Below, in pieces: positions 60,776 to 64,000 of a stretch of 64,000 bases of DNA. Position 1 is the first letter of the stretch. Each line of letters opens with the position of its first letter. Where the stretch lies: assembly GCA_051439505.1 (NCBI GenBank), contig JBFRWI010000135.1:61192-125191 (forward strand), in the 5' to 3' direction. A program made the position numbers and the translations under genes. Source of the stretch: Hormoscilla sp. Lineage in GTDB: Bacteria; Cyanobacteriota; Cyanobacteriia; Cyanobacteriales; Desertifilaceae. Below the pieces are notes generated by a model. The model had not been told where the DNA came from, did no database searches, and saw only the letters and a list, made by a program, of their open reading frames with translations.

Positions 60776-63700
60776 TTAGGGAAGGAAGCTAACGTTGACA
60801 CTACCAGTAACATTATTAGCTGTATCAGTGCCAGACATGTTAGTAGCTGAATCTAAGGGATCCAGACCTGCAAGATCCTCAAAGTTGGCTCCCAGACCGG
60901 CTAAACCTCCTGGAGCATCCAGGGTTCCAGAACCTAAATTCACTATGGTGCGAGCAGCATCGGTAATGTTGACAAAGAAGTTGCCGCTGACTGTAACGTT
61001 ACTGACATCAACTTCTGCATCCCTGACATACAACCCATTCAAGGTGTTTTCAATTCTGTTGGTTGTTACAACCACTGTACCAGCCCCGAGTTCCGCTCCA
61101 AATGGAGAATTCCGCAGTCGGATCCCAGAGTTTGTGGGATCGTTGCGTGTATTAATATTGTCCAGGACGTTTTCTGTGATGGTTACGGTACCACCAGCGC
61201 CGATACCAGCAACCTGAATGCCCTGGCTAGCAATGTTAGTGAGCGTGTTACCCTGAACCAAAACATTCCCCGTGACTGTATCGAGCAATATTCCCGGGTT
61301 ATCCCCAACTGTGATATCCCGAACCACATTTCCAGTGACCGTCAGACCATTAACCTCTTGCAGGATCATGCCTCGGCTACTACCGTTGGGATTACTTATG
61401 TTCTCGATCAGGTTGTTCTCGATCACCAAATTGCTCACATCAGCAAATAACGGATTGTCCTTGGGAAAATTCCTGATCGCATCGTTATTGCTGCCCGTGA
61501 TCACGTTGTTGCGAATTGTTGTGTTTGGGCCACCGTTTGAAGTGTCGATCGCGGCTCCAGCACCTGGACCAGCACCCTCTAACCGGAAGCCATCAATGAT
61601 CACTTGTCCTGCACTTGCGCCATCTAGAAGCCCGATGCCAACTGCTGCACCAGTGATGATAGCTTCATTCGCAGGAGCCCGGGATGCGTTATCCCCAGCG
61701 ACACCTGCCTGTGGTCCGATCAGCGATACCGGTTTGCCAATACCGACGATTTCGCCATAGGTGCCAGCAAACACCTGCACAACGCCCGGATCGGCGTTAT
61801 CAGTTTTTACTGCTGTGACCCCTTCTCCGATCGTTGGGAAGGCATTGATGCCAAATACTCCATCTCCCATTGCAAATTCAGTCCCAGGATCACCATCGGG
61901 GTCTACGTCATCTCCAATGTTTAAATTGGCCCAGTCGTCGTCTACAAAAACCCGGGACGGTGGTTCGACATTTACTGTGAATGAGCCGCTATTATTTGTT
62001 TCGGCATTACCATTAGCGTTGCGTTCGGCAATATCGTTTCCTGGATCCACCACCGCCGTGTTCGTCACCTCAGCAGTCGCACCCGCAGCGTTTGCTAAAC
62101 CTACAATGGTCAGAATTGCCGATTCCCCAGTATCCAGAGTTCCCCCGGTGAATGTAACCGTGTTATTCACCACAGGCTCAAGGGTAAAGTCACCCCCTGT
62201 AATCGCATCCATATATATGAAATTACTGGGCAGAGCATCTTGCACGACTATGCTATTTTCTGGGGTCGCTGCATCGCCGTCGTTCCTGACCGTTATGGTG
62301 TAGGTGAGGGTGTCTCCTGCTTGTAATGTCCCGCTCGGGTTGCCCGACTTGAAGATTGTTAGGTCCGGTAAGCCTACCGTAGTGGTAAGCATCTCCGTGT
62401 TGTTGTTGTCCCCTTGACCAGTTTCTAAGATGTCTCCATCTGGATCGACTATTGCCGTGTTGATGAGGTTCCCCGAGACATCTGCTGATACTGTACCCAC
62501 AATCGTCAGAATGGCTGAATCCCCACTGGCCAGACTTCCTCCTGTGAAGGTGACTAGGTCGTCCGTTTCCGTTCCAACCTCAAAGTCGCCTCCAGGAATA
62601 GCATCGATAAAATTAAAGCCTGATGGTAATTCGTCTCGCACCTCAATGCCACTGGCTCCTCCCGGCCCGTCATTTCTGACTAGCAGAGTATAGGTAACTG
62701 TCTCCCCCGGTCTGACTGTGGTCGGGTTGGACAGCAAGAAAATTCCTAAGTCTGGACCTTCACTAACGCTAATCGTGGTGTTGTTTACGAAGGTATTGTT
62801 GTCCTCGGGGCCTCCTTCCACCACATTATTGATGTCGCTAGGATCTACCACTACCGTGTTAACGAGTGTCGCGGTTTCAAGGTTCGCGACTGTACCCGTG
62901 ATGGTCAGAATGGCTGACTCCCCGCTAGCTAGACCATTCCCTGTGAAGGTAATAACGTTATTGTCTCGGGAGGTTTCTTGGAAGTTGCCCCCAGGAATCA
63001 CACCATTTGTACCAGCGAAAACGCTGAAGTTAGCATCCAGGGTATCTCGCACTACAATTGGCGTATCATCGCTGATATCTTTGGGCCCATTGTTTCTGAC
63101 CAGTATCGTGTAGGTGAGGGTGCCTCCTGGGGCCACTGTGGTCGGGTTGGAAAGCGTGGTCACAATCAGGTCCGGCAGCAGATCGGTATCCAGAGTCGTG
63201 GTGGTAGTGACTATGTTGTTGTCTTCATTAGCTTCTGTGATGGCATTATCTGGATCTACCACCGCTATGTTTGCGACCTCGATGTCCCCTGCTGTGATTT
63301 CAGTGGTTCCCACAATGGTGAGAATGGCTGACTCTCCGATGCCAAGGGTTCCTCCCGAGAAGGTGATGGCATTATTTTCATCTGCTATTCCGGTGGTTGT
63401 GAAGTTACCCCCGGGAATAACGTCGTTAGACATCACGGTAAAGCCATCCGGCAGACTGTCTCGCACTGTGATGTCAGTGGCGGTGGCCTGCCCATCGTTT
63501 CTGACTAACAGCGTGTAGGTGATCGGGTCTCCTGGGGCCACTGGATCTGGGCTGTCCAGCTTGAAAATCCGCAGATCCGGACCGAGGGCAGGATCGATCG
63601 TGGTGACCAGAGTTGCTGTGTTGTTGTTTTCATTTGTACCTTCATTTACCGCACCCCCGGAAGCAATAGGCGGATCGACTACCACCACGTTCTCGATACT

Positions 63701-63997
63701 GCCCGTTGCGTTCTGGGGTGCCGTACCCACGATCGTCAGAATGGCCGATTCATTAGGTGCAAGGGTACCACCTGAAAAGGTCACAACACCCTCTGGCGAT
63801 ACACCGTCATCGATGAAGTTGCCTCCGGGAATTCTGTTGGCGACATTGAAGCCTGGCGGCAGGGAGTTCTCAACTTCGATGCCAGTGGCGGTTGTATCGC
63901 CGAAATTTCTTACGAACAGGGTGTAGGTGAGGGTGCCTCCAGGGCCTACCTCACTACTCGGGTTGCCGAGAATAAAAACTCGCAGGTCAGCAGTCAT
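60776..63997 (-). CDS. Acidic surface protein with five DUF11-like Ig repeats and a C-terminal beta-helix; may start outside the window
   Basis: Repeated PDL.I....P..V.PG..LTYT..VRN.G...SAILTI.G units; I..N repeats in the C-terminal part. Confidence 0.85.
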   Translation of the reverse strand: MTADLRVFILGNPSSEVGPGGTLTYTLFVRNFGDTTATGIEVENSLPPGFNVANRIPGGNFIDDGVSPEGVVTFSGGTLAPNESAILTIVGTAPQNATGSIENVVVVDPPIASGGAVNEGTNENNNTATLVTTIDPALGPDLRIFKLDSPDPVAPGDPITYTLLVRNDGQATATDITVRDSLPDGFTVMSNDVIPGGNFTTTGIADENNAITFSGGTLGIGESAILTIVGTTEITAGDIEVANIAVVDPDNAITEANEDNNIVTTTTTLDTDLLPDLIVTTLSNPTTVAPGGTLTYTILVRNNGPKDISDDTPIVVRDTLDANFSVFAGTNGVIPGGNFQETSRDNNVITFTGNGLASGESAILTITGTVANLETATLVNTVVVDPSDINNVVEGGPEDNNTFVNNTTISVSEGPDLGIFLLSNPTTVRPGETVTYTLLVRNDGPGGASGIEVRDELPSGFNFIDAIPGGDFEVGTETDDLVTFTGGSLASGDSAILTIVGTVSADVSGNLINTAIVDPDGDILETGQGDNNNTEMLTTTVGLPDLTIFKSGNPSGTLQAGDTLTYTITVRNDGDAATPENSIVVQDALPSNFIYMDAITGGDFTLEPVVNNTVTFTGGTLDTGESAILTIVGLANAAGATAEVTNTAVVDPGNDIAERNANGNAETNNSGSFTVNVEPPSRVFVDDDWANLNIGDDVDPDGDPGTEFAMGDGVFGINAFPTIGEGVTAVKTDNADPGVVQVFAGTYGEIVGIGKPVSLIGPQAGVAGDNASRAPANEAIITGAAVGIGLLDGASAGQVIIDGFRLEGAGPGAGAAIDTSNGGPNTTIRNNVITGSNNDAIRNFPKDNPLFADVSNLVIENNLIENISNPNGSSRGMILQEVNGLTVTGNVVRDITVGDNPGILLDTVTGNVLVQGNTLTNIASQGIQVAGIGAGGTVTITENVLDNINTRNDPTNSGIRLRNSPFGAELGAGTVVVTTNRIENTLNGLYVRDAEVDVSNVTVSGNFFVNITDAARTIVNLGSGTLDAPGGLAGLGANFEDLAGLDPLDSATNMSGTDTANNVTGSVNVSFLP

Positions 63998-64000
63998 AGT

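Noticed and set aside
60795..63926. Series of + strand ORFs
   Set aside because: Antisense shadows of the DUF11 protein gene
1..64000. General HIP1 abundance and STRR heptamers as novel signals
   Set aside because: Well-known features of cyanobacterial genomes; used only for taxonomic inference

Overview
Cyanobacterial chromosomal segment. HIP1 (GCGATCGC) is abundant, heptameric STRR-type repeats occur throughout, and the gene content suggests a filamentous Oscillatoriales-like organism (inference). A housekeeping backbone (argG, rpsF, glyA, wecA/mraY-like, cinA, aroQ, htrA/hhoA-like, tadA, grxC, uvrB, rpe, def) is interrupted by accessory patches at about 2.5-6.9 kb, 29-40.5 kb and 58-60.7 kb. 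These patches hold toxin-antitoxin pairs, pseudogene fragments, MITEs with target-site duplications and REP-like palindromes. No rRNA, tRNA, CRISPR array or intact transposase was recognised. The main observation is an architecture that occurs twice, 35 kb apart: a sigma70-like promoter, then a 21-nt-periodic tandem array (11 near-perfect units at 3944-4174; about 41 degenerate units with a 147-bp higher-order period at 38355-39213), then an RBS and a ~200-aa signal-less helical + fibronectin-III-like protein. The two arrays share a 21-nt register. Other notable observations are a stand-alone GIY-YIG nuclease beside a cluster of TGTC-tagged palindromes that are also dispersed, three HIP1-anchored arrays alternating with toxin-antitoxin modules, a G-rich/A-poor C-terminal segment of a kinase-GUN4 gene resembling a DGR variable region, and a candidate structured sRNA. 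All product calls come from motif recognition by eye; no database searches were run.
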